The notes: generated from the sequence alone by a model not told the origin. Positions 18,864-26,449 are shown, counted from the stretch's first letter. The stretch: 32,000 bases of DNA from Aquabacterium sp. CECT 9606 (GCF_918741295.1 NZ_CAKKNB010000004.1:513830-545829), one strand, 5' to 3'. Numbers and translations: made by a program.

Positions 18864-18933
18864 GCCTAACGCCAGAGTTAACAGGCGGCTGCCAGCGAAG
18901 CTGGAAGACGTCCTGTTGAACGACCAGTTAGGC
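18864..18933 (-). repeat. attC site 3 (70-bp family)
   Basis: GCCTAAC GCCAGA GTTAAC ...CCAGCGAAGCTGG... GTTGAAC GACCA GTTAGGC. Confidence 0.85.
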
Positions 18934-18980
18934 TGGTGAAAGATGCTGAGCTAGTTGATTGACTCATGCAGCTATTGCTC

Positions 18981-19589
18981 TCATCTAGGTGCGACGGGAA
19001 CAGGAATAAATATGTCGTACCTGTACCGATAGTCGCCACCAAGGCCATCGATTTTTGCGCCGTTTGTGATTGCTAACGCCAAAGGTGTGCGCTCTAGAAA
19101 CGGGAATCGTTTTTTGATGATTGGAAGGTCTCTATTGGACTTGTCCCTAAGAGATACGTTCTCCCAGTCTGGAGACCAATTGAAGGAACCCAAATATATA
19201 GCCTTGCCTGCTTCTACCGAAAATGGAATTCCGATGGGCATGGATGAGTTGGCTGTACGCGCACCTTGGCGAACTTGCCAGGACTTGATTACGTATTTTC
19301 CGGTGGGCAACTCGACAGCAAAGGTGTCACCTTTTGCTTGGAGATCCTCGTCAGTATTTTTTACAAATGGGTACCAGTCACCACTTCCAGCCTGGAGAAA
19401 GTAAGTCTTATCGCCGTTCTCTGGAGTGACGAGGACACGATAGAGCCCCAACCCACTTTCATAGGTGATCGAACCTATCACTACGCCGACGACCTTCTTG
19501 TCGTCAAACTTGTAATCTGACGGAACGTTAACACAGGCCGACAAAACAGCAATTACTACTGGGGCGATGAAGAATCGAAGCAATCGCAT
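18981..19589 (-). CDS. Lipoprotein, unknown function
   Basis: Lipobox in MRLLRFFIAPVVIAVLSAC. Confidence 0.7.
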   Translation of the reverse strand: MRLLRFFIAPVVIAVLSACVNVPSDYKFDDKKVVGVVIGSITYESGLGLYRVLVTPENGDKTYFLQAGSGDWYPFVKNTDEDLQAKGDTFAVELPTGKYVIKSWQVRQGARTANSSMPIGIPFSVEAGKAIYLGSFNWSPDWENVSLRDKSNRDLPIIKKRFPFLERTPLALAITNGAKIDGLGGDYRYRYDIFIPVPVAPR

Positions 19590-19609
19590 GATGATGTGTG
19601 TTTGAGTGG

Positions 19610-19617
19610 GCCTAGCG
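19610..19617 (-). repeat. attC site 4, R' end only (GCCTAGCG); the rest was lost with the IS remnant
   Basis: Same junction as at 22498-22505, followed immediately by the IS left end AATGAAAGGGACTTCCCCGTCCCGAAC. Confidence 0.55.
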
Positions 19618-19830
19618 AATGAAAGGGACTTCCCCGTCCCGAACTATCCGCCGGGTATTGGCGGCAAAGGTCTTGAAGGACCAAGATGGGAAGTGCAACG
19701 TTTCCATCGACGGTTCATTCGGAAGGGAAAGTCATGAGCATTATTGCCATCGGCCTGGATTTGGCCAAGAACGTTTTTGCAATGCACGGCATTGATGAGG
19801 CGGGCAAAACGTTGCTGATCAAGCCGGCAG
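19618..19830 (+). mobile_element. Truncated remnant (left end plus first ~31 codons) of an IS110/IS1111-family element
   Basis: AATGAAAGGGACTTCCCCGTCCCGAACTA... matches the left end of the full copy at 22506. MSIIAIGLDLAKNVFAMHGIDEAGKTLLIKP parallels MAILFVGIDLAKSVFALHGVDEHGKAVLVAP. Homology stops about 10 nt before the stop codon of the next cassette ORF. Confidence 0.75.
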
Positions 19831-19838
19831 CCACGTGC

Positions 19839-20330
19839 TCATTTGCTTGCTACTTTCTCGGTTACAGGCTGGTGGCTGTTTGCATCCTCAATCCAGACGC
19901 TTGAGGACTCCTTCGACAAAGTACCGACGACCATGTAATTGCCATTCGGCTCAGGCGTGAAGTCAACAGTTCCTTCTACTTCATGGAACGTCCCAACAGC
20001 TCGGCTGGCAAGCTCGTGTATGGGCGCTCCTGTGGCATGACTGCCGCGAATTTTCACTTTCATGGGAACTGCTGGAACTTGCCTTTTCGTCAAGCTTAAG
20101 TAAAGGATGGGGCCTTGGTTTTGACTTGCTATGCGGCTTGTCTGAAAGCTGCTTCGGATGTTGTGGCCGTCAATTTCTGTAAGAGCAAATATTTGCGCTT
20201 TGGTTGAGTCCTCTGACCGGCCACTGTCAGTGACGGTGGCGATCGGCCCCGTATAGTTTTCAGGAACAGGTTTGTAAACTGCGCAGCCAGAGATTGAGAG
20301 AACAAAAAGTGAAAGTATGAGTTTCTTCAT
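19839..20330 (-). CDS. Lipoprotein, unknown function
   Basis: Lipobox in MKKLILSLFVLSISGC. Confidence 0.7.
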   Translation of the reverse strand: MKKLILSLFVLSISGCAVYKPVPENYTGPIATVTDSGRSEDSTKAQIFALTEIDGHNIRSSFQTSRIASQNQGPILYLSLTKRQVPAVPMKVKIRGSHATGAPIHELASRAVGTFHEVEGTVDFTPEPNGNYMVVGTLSKESSSVWIEDANSHQPVTEKVASK

Positions 20331-20355
20331 AAGATTTATGGTGGTTGAAGGTGAT

Positions 20356-20449
20356 GCCTAACGCCCGCGGTAAGCCGCGCCGGAGCGCGAAGCACGGAGG
20401 GAACCAATAAGCGGAGCTTGTTGGTGTCGGCTTGACCAAACGGTTAGGC
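20356..20449 (-). repeat. attC site 5 (94-bp family)
   Basis: GCCTAAC GCCCGC GGTAAGCC ... GGCTTGACC AAACG GTTAGGC. Confidence 0.85.
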
Positions 20450-20491
20450 CGCTGGGCGAAGGCACCATATGCATTTTGACTTTGTGGGCGT

Positions 20492-21058
20492 TCAATTTTC
20501 TTGCCGCACCAAACGTACTGGCAATTTCGTGCGCTTTGAAATATCGCCACGCGCCTGTCCTGAGCCCATGTTTACGGCCCAGCCATGCAAGAACGCCATA
20601 CGGTTCACGCTTTGCTCCGTTATGCCTCGCCCAATGTTCCCATAGTCGTACTGGTTAATAGGCCTAGTATCAATGTTGGCAGAGACTGTCCAATGCCAAC
20701 CTAGTGGTGCTGCGGGGAACACCGGCTCTTCTTTCTCGGTGTTCACCAGGCGCTGAAGTTCCTTGACACGCGGGACACGCCAACTCAAGCCTTCGGTCTC
20801 TGCCCGTGCGCGGGCAAGCGAAAGAGCCTCAGCGTGACTAGCGAGTGTCGGCTTGCCCGTGCAGGTCTTGCCGTCCCACTGCATGCCCTCTACGCACCGG
20901 GACCAAATCAGTTTGCTTCGCAGATCTGAGACGTGAGTGCCATTCTTCGATACAACAAGGCTCGGCGACTCAGCCTGACCACTAGCTTTAGTTGAGTGCA
21001 TCGCTATTGCACACACTAAATATGTTCCGATTCGTAGGTATCGCATAGGCACTTTCAT
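20492..21058 (-). CDS. Secreted protein resembling the DUF1566 (Lcl C-terminal) family
   Basis: Trimmed to the ATG at 21056-21058 (MKVPMRYLRIGTYLVCAIAMHSTKASG signal). The segment WRVPRVKELQRLV resembles the W-R-L-P-x-x-x-E-L signature I associate with DUF1566. The start is uncertain (alternative ATG at 21044-21046). Confidence 0.55.
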   Translation of the reverse strand: MKVPMRYLRIGTYLVCAIAMHSTKASGQAESPSLVVSKNGTHVSDLRSKLIWSRCVEGMQWDGKTCTGKPTLASHAEALSLARARAETEGLSWRVPRVKELQRLVNTEKEEPVFPAAPLGWHWTVSANIDTRPINQYDYGNIGRGITEQSVNRMAFLHGWAVNMGSGQARGDISKRTKLPVRLVRQEN

Positions 21059-21076
21059 TTCTGAGTCCGCCAAGAG

Positions 21077-21127
21077 GCCTAACGCCAAAGTTGATGGGCA
21101 ACGATGCGAAGTATTTTGCGGTTAGGC
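21077..21127 (-). repeat. attC site 6 (short, 51 bp)
   Basis: GCCTAACGCCAAAGTTGATGGGCAACGATGCGAAGTATTTTGCGGTTAGGC. Probably internally deleted. Confidence 0.55.
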
Positions 21128-21225
21128 TGGTGCTATGTGCAAATTCGGTTGAGTTGCGCATTGTGTAGTACTAGCTGTTCTAGCCGGGGATGCTTACAAG
21201 CCTACAGTGGTTTACTTGCATGCCG

Positions 21226-21834
21226 TCAACGCCCAGGTACGTAAACATTGATGGTTTGTGGTGCTGGTCCTTCGCACCTCGATGCGGGTATCAACTGGAG
21301 ATCCAGTGGTACAAGCTCGTCCGTTAGATTGGGATAGCTTTCTTTAATATGTTTTCGCGCCGATTCAATGTCCTGGGTAACGCGCGGTCGAAGCACGTTT
21401 CCTACTTGCACGAACTCAATATCTGCGGCATAGGCGATCTTGCCAGAGGGGACCTCAAATGAAAGGAGCTTGGGGTTATTGCAGAACGAAAATTGCGGAC
21501 CCCATAGCGTGCCATTGATAGACATCTGAACCGATGTAAGTGCCAAGGCTTGACCTGTCTTCACTTTGGCGGTGACATAGCCATTGCTAGGAACATCATG
21601 AATCTTGGCGAAGGTGTCTAGAAGAACATTCTGCTTGAACTTGCCATCGACGATTTCGCCAGGGAACAAAGATAGCCTAGCGTTGTCTGGCTTTACGCCG
21701 AAAACGATAATGGATTCGTTCGGTTCTGGTCTTGTGGTGGTGCGACTGATGTTTGTGCTGCATGCTGGAAGCAGCAGCGCTGAAAGAGTGGTAACGATTG
21801 CGTAGCCGGAAAGCTTTCTAAATGTAGGTCGCAT
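21226..21834 (-). CDS. Lipoprotein, unknown function
   Basis: Lipobox in MRPTFRKLSGYAIVTTLSALLLPAC. Confidence 0.7.
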   Translation of the reverse strand: MRPTFRKLSGYAIVTTLSALLLPACSTNISRTTTRPEPNESIIVFGVKPDNARLSLFPGEIVDGKFKQNVLLDTFAKIHDVPSNGYVTAKVKTGQALALTSVQMSINGTLWGPQFSFCNNPKLLSFEVPSGKIAYAADIEFVQVGNVLRPRVTQDIESARKHIKESYPNLTDELVPLDLQLIPASRCEGPAPQTINVYVPGR

Positions 21835-21897
21835 AAGGTCGTATTGTTCAGAATTTGGACAAGTGTGAATGTCTTCTTGGTGCTAGTAATTATTGAA

Positions 21898-21991
21898 GCC
21901 TAACGCCACAGGTAAGCTGCACCGGAGTGCGCAGCACGGAGGGAACCTACAAGCGAAGCTTGTAGGTGTCGGCCTAATCGAAAAATTAGGT
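21898..21991 (-). repeat. attC site 7 (94-bp family, one core degenerate: ATTAGGT)
   Basis: Aligns along its full length with the other 94-bp sites. Confidence 0.7.
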
Positions 21992-22029
21992 TGGGGGCAA
22001 ATGATTGATAGGTTGAGGTACGCATAGCT

Positions 22030-22479
22030 TCAAGCGAGGATTCTTCGCAGAGGGAACATGGTTGATTGGGAGAAACCGTGCTTTGAATAAAAGCGCTGCG
22101 CTGATGTGTTCTCATGATCCGTGAGTAGCGTAATGCGTTTGACGCCACTTCGGCGAGCGAGGTCTATGGCGTGATTCAGTAAGTCAGATCCAATGCCTGA
22201 GCCACGGGCGCCAGGGGATACGACCATGTCCTCGAGAAGCGCAACACGCTCGCCAATTGCGGTAGAGATGGTAAACAGCAGGTTGACCATTGCCAAGATG
22301 GAATTGCCTTCGCGAGCAACCAAGATGACGCCAAGATCCGGGTTGCTAATGATGCTTGATAAGCCTTTGGATTGAGCTGCCGTGTCTGGCTTGAACTCAG
22401 TTTCTTGGGTGAACAGAATCGATAGCAACTCACTGAGTGCAGGGATGTCCGATGCAGACGCACGTTCAAAGATTGGCAC
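22030..22479 (-). CDS. GNAT-family N-acetyltransferase
   Basis: Trimmed to the GTG (complement of 22477-22479), which has an AAGGA RBS 5 nt upstream. Acetyl-CoA motif VVSPGARGSGIGSDLLNHAI and a C-terminal FYSKHGF. The track ORF's extra N-terminus reads through the attC remnant into the IS. Confidence 0.8.
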   Translation of the reverse strand: MPIFERASASDIPALSELLSILFTQETEFKPDTAAQSKGLSSIISNPDLGVILVAREGNSILAMVNLLFTISTAIGERVALLEDMVVSPGARGSGIGSDLLNHAIDLARRSGVKRITLLTDHENTSAQRFYSKHGFSQSTMFPLRRILA

Positions 22480-22497
22480 GGTGTTCCTTTTCGAGAA

Positions 22498-22505
22498 GCC
22501 TAACG
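22498..22505 (-). repeat. attC site 8, R' end (GCCTAACG), separated from the rest by the IS
   Basis: Joining 22498-22505 to 23956-24014 restores a 67-bp site nearly identical to attC site 19 (30855-30921). Confidence 0.8.
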
Positions 22506-22619
22506 AATGAAAGGGACTTCCCCGTCCCGAACTAGCCGCGTATTGCGGCGACCGGTCATGAAAGACCAAGATGGGAAGTGCGAATAACTCATCTTTGTTT
22601 CATTCGGAAGGAGAAGTCC

Positions 22620-23637
22620 ATGGCTATTTTGTTCGTTGGAATCGATCTCGCCAAGTCCGTGTTTGCGCTGCATGGTGTGGATGAGCATGGCAAGGCGGTG
22701 TTGGTGGCGCCCAAAGTGGCGCGCGACAAGTTGGTGGGCATGATCGCGGCGCTGCCGCCGTGCATCGTTGGCATGGAGGCGTGCTCGGGCGCCCACCACT
22801 GGGCGAGGCTGTTCGCCGGCTTGGGCCACACGGTGCGGCTGATGGCGCCGAAGTTCGTCGCGCCGTACCGCATGAGCGGCAGGCGAGGCAAGAACGATGC
22901 GGCCGACGCCGCGGCCATCTGCGAGGCCGTGCAGCGGCCCAACATGCGGTTCGTGCCAGTCAAAAGTCTTGAGCAACAGGGCAAGCTCAGCGTGCACCGG
23001 ATGCGGCAAGGCTCTCATCGAGCAACGCACGGCCACCATCAACCGCATCCGGGGGCTGTTGGCCGAGTTTGGGATCGTCCTGCCGCTGAAGGCGGCGACG
23101 GTGAGGCGCGAGGCCGGCGCCTGCCTGGAGGAACTGCCTGGCTGGGCGAACCTGGCCATTGGCGACGCACTGAGCGAGTTGCATCGGCTCGATGAACGCA
23201 TCGAACAATATGACCGGCACATTGCCCAGATGGCCCGCGAAGACGAGCGGGCGCGTCAGCTCATGAAGCTGTGCGGGATCGGCGAGACCACGGCATCGGC
23301 GATCGTGGCGATGGTGGGCAACGGGCATGAGTTCAGCTGCGGCAGGCAATTCGCGGCTTGGCTGGGATTGACGCCGGGGCAGTTCAGTTCGGGTGGCAAG
23401 AGTCGGCTGGGTCGCATCACCAAGGCCGGGGACAGCTACCTGCGCAGCCTGTTGGTACTTGGTGCCAGGGCCGTGCTCAACGCCGCGGCTGGCAAGGCCG
23501 ACCGCATCAGCACGTGGGCCAAGGCGCTGGCCGAGCGAAGAGGCTACTGGCGCGCGGTGATCGCCATTGCCGCCAAGAACGTCCGGATGGCCTGGGCCGT
23601 GCTGCGACGAGGCGAGGCCTTCGAGATGCCGAACTAG
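22620..23637 (+). pseudogene. IS110-family (DEDD) transposase, disrupted by a frameshift near 23005-23012
   Basis: The N-terminal half lies in the frame of ORF 22578..23195 (MAILFVGIDLAKSVFALHGVDEHGK...VKSLEQQGKLSVHRMRQG). The C-terminal half lies in the frame of ORF 22897..23637 (LIEQRTATINRIRGLLAEFGIV...GRITKAGDSYLRSLLV...). The junction CAAGGCTCTCATCGAG needs one base removed (or two added) to read ...RQG(x)LIEQR. Confidence 0.75.
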
Positions 23638-23692
23638 ACAGAGATACTTCCGCCGCGTGACGGCAAGCGTTGATGACAACAGGTTGGACCTG

Positions 23693-23762
23693 CGCGGGCA
23701 GTAACCGTTTAACTCGTGGGCAGCGCGTGTGCGCTTGCCGGCTAACAAATGGGTCGCCCGCG
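23693..23762 (+). ncRNA. Candidate guide loop of a bridge/seek RNA in the IS 3' non-coding region
   Basis: Outer stem CGCGGGC (23693-23699) pairs with GCCCGCG (23756-23762). Inner hairpin is GGCAGCGC-GTGT-GCGCT(T)GCC (23719-23739). These leave a 19-nt 5' strand (AGTAACCGTTTAACTCGTG) and a 16-nt 3' strand (GGCTAACAAATGGGTC) of a large internal loop. Both strands contain attC-like words. Confidence 0.35.
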
Positions 23763-23955
23763 TGCGTCTTGCATCAGGGTCTGCGGCACCTGAACTGCCG
23801 TGTTCATGACCGTTTGTAGTCTGGCCAGTCCGCACTTTGTTGTCGCTCCCTTTGCTCGCCTGATCTGCGTCGGCGTTGTGCATTGTTTGATGATGTTGGC
23901 TCGCTGCGCGAGCCTTGGGTCAGCTATTGTTTGACAGATGGAGAAGCCCTTGTAG

Positions 23956-24014
23956 CAAAAGTTAACGGGCGGCAATGCGAAGCATTGACGTCCCTGTTGA
24001 ACGATAAGTTAGGC
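23956..24014 (-). repeat. attC site 8, remainder
   Basis: CAAAAGTTAACGGGCGGCAATGCGAAGCATTGACGTCCCTGTTGAACGATAAGTTAGGC. Confidence 0.8.
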
Positions 24015-24084
24015 TGGTAGCCAGTGCCAGAAGTGTTGGCATGTTCAGGTTGATTTTCATTCTGAGTGTCTGCAAAAACTATAG

Positions 24085-24417
24085 CTAGCCTGGCCAGGTC
24101 CTGTGCCAGGTTAGGCCTCTTCTCGGCTTGGCAGAGCAATGGAGAAAGACCATTGCTGTGATTGATGCAAGCATGTAGCTTGAAAACAGAAATGGGTTCG
24201 TCTCGATAGAGCCATACTTAAAGCATGTTGGCGTGGTGAGCCCTCTTGCAGGTGGCGATACCCTAGCGCATTCAGGCGTCTTTGTGCCAAAGCGCTGTAT
24301 AGCCACATCGTGAGGCACTGAACTTAGCCAACCCAGAGTGGTTGATCCAAAGAATGCGAGGGCCAGTACCGCCACGACTTGACCTGCAATCCAGAGTGTT
24401 CGTTGTAATGAGTGCAT
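24085..24417 (-). CDS. Small membrane protein, unknown function
   Basis: 110 aa with two hydrophobic spans (LWIAGQVVAVLALAFFGSTTLGWL; FLFSSYMLASITAMVFL). Confidence 0.5.
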   Translation of the reverse strand: MHSLQRTLWIAGQVVAVLALAFFGSTTLGWLSSVPHDVAIQRFGTKTPECARVSPPARGLTTPTCFKYGSIETNPFLFSSYMLASITAMVFLHCSAKPRRGLTWHRTWPG

Positions 24418-24432
24418 GTTGGATAGCTAAAA

Positions 24433-24502
24433 GCCTAACGCCCGAGTTAACAGGCGGATACCAGCGAAGCTGGTAGACGTCCTGTTGAACGACCAGTTAG
24501 GC
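24433..24502 (-). repeat. attC site 9 (70-bp family)
   Basis: Near-identical to sites 3 and 16. Confidence 0.85.
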
Positions 24503-24541
24503 CGCGGCACGAAGGCACAGCGTTGTAAGTGATATGTGAAC

Positions 24542-25234
24542 TCATGTTCCCACCCAGCCCCACTTCACGGGTAATGTTGAATCGACATCGCTTTCAAGCA
24601 ATACGCTGAAATCTTGCATGTCCACCGAAAGACCTTTGAGACCAGAGGCGCCACCTAAAAGGTGATGAGCTTCTTCTACCAAAGCAAGCATGAAATTCAT
24701 TGCTTCAACACACTTGGAAATGACTTCACCTTCGCCTAGTTCTTCTACTACCCAAGTTCTTTCAACACCTGCTTGTTCGCCAACCTGCTCATGTTTGCCG
24801 CCTAGAAATAATTTACCCACAAACTCTGCTGTGAGTTCTAGAAGCCTACTCGTCTCGGCAAACGGTTCGATGTCGGCATTCATTGATAGCTTCATTCTGC
24901 GCCCTCTGAATAGGCCGCAAGCCACTTTGCTTTTTGAAGTGAGCGAGCTTTGCTTAACCACTATATTGCGAGCTTCCACGAAGCGGCGCAGAGCTGGCAT
25001 GTTCCTCATTTCCTGTTGTTTTGTCTCGTACCAAGCCTTAAACCCATTCAATTCACTGGCTTCGCTTTGCAGCATAAAAGTGATATTTCGGAAAGACTGG
25101 ATGAATGCATTTAGGTTGTGAAGGAACGGCTGAGGCAGGTGGTAGTTGATCAAGCATTGAATCAGAAAATATCGAGCTTCAGCGCACCTCTCATGCGTCG
25201 ATGGAATGGGGCAATTTTCTTCAAATGGGGCCAT
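24542..25234 (-). CDS. Cytoplasmic protein of unknown function, 230 aa
   Basis: The clean ORF fills the cassette and starts 10 nt from the attC core. I recognise no motif. Confidence 0.6.
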   Translation of the reverse strand: MAPFEENCPIPSTHERCAEARYFLIQCLINYHLPQPFLHNLNAFIQSFRNITFMLQSEASELNGFKAWYETKQQEMRNMPALRRFVEARNIVVKQSSLTSKSKVACGLFRGRRMKLSMNADIEPFAETSRLLELTAEFVGKLFLGGKHEQVGEQAGVERTWVVEELGEGEVISKCVEAMNFMLALVEEAHHLLGGASGLKGLSVDMQDFSVLLESDVDSTLPVKWGWVGT

Positions 25235-25244
25235 GATGTTAGAG

Positions 25245-25338
25245 GCCTAACGCCACAGGTAAGCCGCACCGGAGCGCGAAGCGCGCAGGGAACCCACAAG
25301 TGAAACTTGTGGGTGTCGGCTTGACCGACACGTTAGGC
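25245..25338 (-). repeat. attC site 10 (94-bp family)
   Basis: Near-identical to sites 12 and 14. Confidence 0.85.
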
Positions 25339-25889
25339 TGGGGCGAGAAGCAACCGCCTGTGAGAAAAAGCAAGCCTTGCTTTGCTGGCAGATGTTTGAC
25401 CTTGGCATGCCAAAACTCCCTTGGATTGATTGCAATTCTGCCTGATGCCAAAGCACCTGGCCAACCGGCGAATACTCGCAGACCGCCGACAGGCGGGCCG
25501 GTTCACTAAAACTTGTGGCCTGCTGCCTGCCAAGTTCGCCGCAGAGCTGGCAAACGCCAGGCAGTGATGGCCAAAGGCCATGACTGCGGGATGCCAAGTG
25601 CTGTGGCTTGCCACGGCATCACAGTGCACTGGCCGCCGAAGGACGGGCAGCCACAAGGCGATGGCGTATGGCACTTTGGCGCCGCACGGTGGTGAGCAGG
25701 CTGCCAAAGGACAGACAGCCAGATGAAAACTTGCCCAGCCACCAAGTCGTGACCCGCGAAGCCTGTTGATCTGTGCCTAGAAATGCGCGCAACGCTTGAG
25801 TACAAAAGGAAAGCAGCGCTGGCCACGACTAAACGTTGAAAGTATCAATGGCCAGACTTCGCCACATTGCTGATTGAAGGCAACCAAAA
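25339..25889. other. ORF-less cassette X1 (candidate structured RNA)
   Basis: About 90% identical to X3 and shares a ~110-nt core with X2. Only low-complexity Cys/His/Arg/Trp-rich frames are present. Confidence 0.5.
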
Positions 25890-25975
25890 GCCTAACGCCT
25901 AAGTTAACGGGCGCCCGCGTGGCGACGGCGAAGCGATGCAGGGTATCAGCGTCCCTGTTGAACGCCAAGTTAGGC
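25890..25975 (-). repeat. attC site 11 (86-bp family)
   Basis: GCCTAAC GCCTAA GTTAACGGG ... CCCTGTTGAAC GCCAA GTTAGGC. Confidence 0.8.
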
Positions 25976-26449
25976 TGGGGCGAGAAGGACCAGCGGATGA
26001 TCCGCAACGAGCAGTGCCTTGCTGACTAGCATTTGACCTGTGCACGCCAAAACTCCCTTTGTGTGACTGGATGGAATTGTGCCTGACGGGCGTAGAACTG
26101 TGAACCAGCGGCGCGGATTTATGCTCGTTGAATCATCGATGGCTTTGAAATGCGCATGAGAACCGGTGCGGGCCGAGATGATGCGCTGACTGCCGAAGGA
26201 CAGAAAGCCAGCCGCCGATGGCGTGTGGCACTTTGGCGCCGCACGATGGTGAGCAGGCTGCCGAAGGGCAGACAGCCAGATGGAGACTTGCTCCGCTGCC
26301 CGGCTGCGAACTGCTTCGCTTGTTAGCGCCGGACCTGGCCAGAATGCGCAATGCATGAGAGGCAAAGAAAGCAGCGCCGAAAGACGAGCAAGCGATTGAA
26401 GCTTCATGGCCCAAGACCTTGCCAGGAAGAAAAGGCAAGAGAACCGAAA
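25976..26449. other. ORF-less cassette X2 (diverged relative of X1/X3)
   Basis: Shares the core 26192-26290 with X1/X3, including both 18-nt direct repeats. Confidence 0.5.

Larger units (their letters stand above)
22506..23955 (+). mobile_element. IS110/IS1111-family insertion sequence (~1450 bp) inserted inside attC site 8
   Basis: Removing 22506-23955 restores an attC. It carries a DEDD-type transposase with a 114-bp upstream and a ~318-bp downstream non-coding region. The left end is shared with the remnant at 19618. Boundaries are good to a few nt. Confidence 0.8.

Noticed and set aside
19686-19904. 72-aa plus-strand ORF.
   Set aside because: It is a chimera. Non-coding IS left-end sequence and the first ~31 codons of a truncated transposase run into the antisense of the neighbouring lipoprotein gene.
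25567-25695. A 42-codon plus-strand micro-ORF in X1/X3 (MAKGHDCGMPSAVACHG(I/T)TVHWPP...GDGVWHFGAARW). About half of the X1/X3 differences in it are synonymous.
   Set aside because: The same wobble positions are shared by an overlapping minus frame, so the synonymous excess is not diagnostic. X2 has an in-frame stop just upstream of the conserved C-terminus and no start, and the RBS is weak. I kept it only as an alternative inside the ORF-less-cassette finding.
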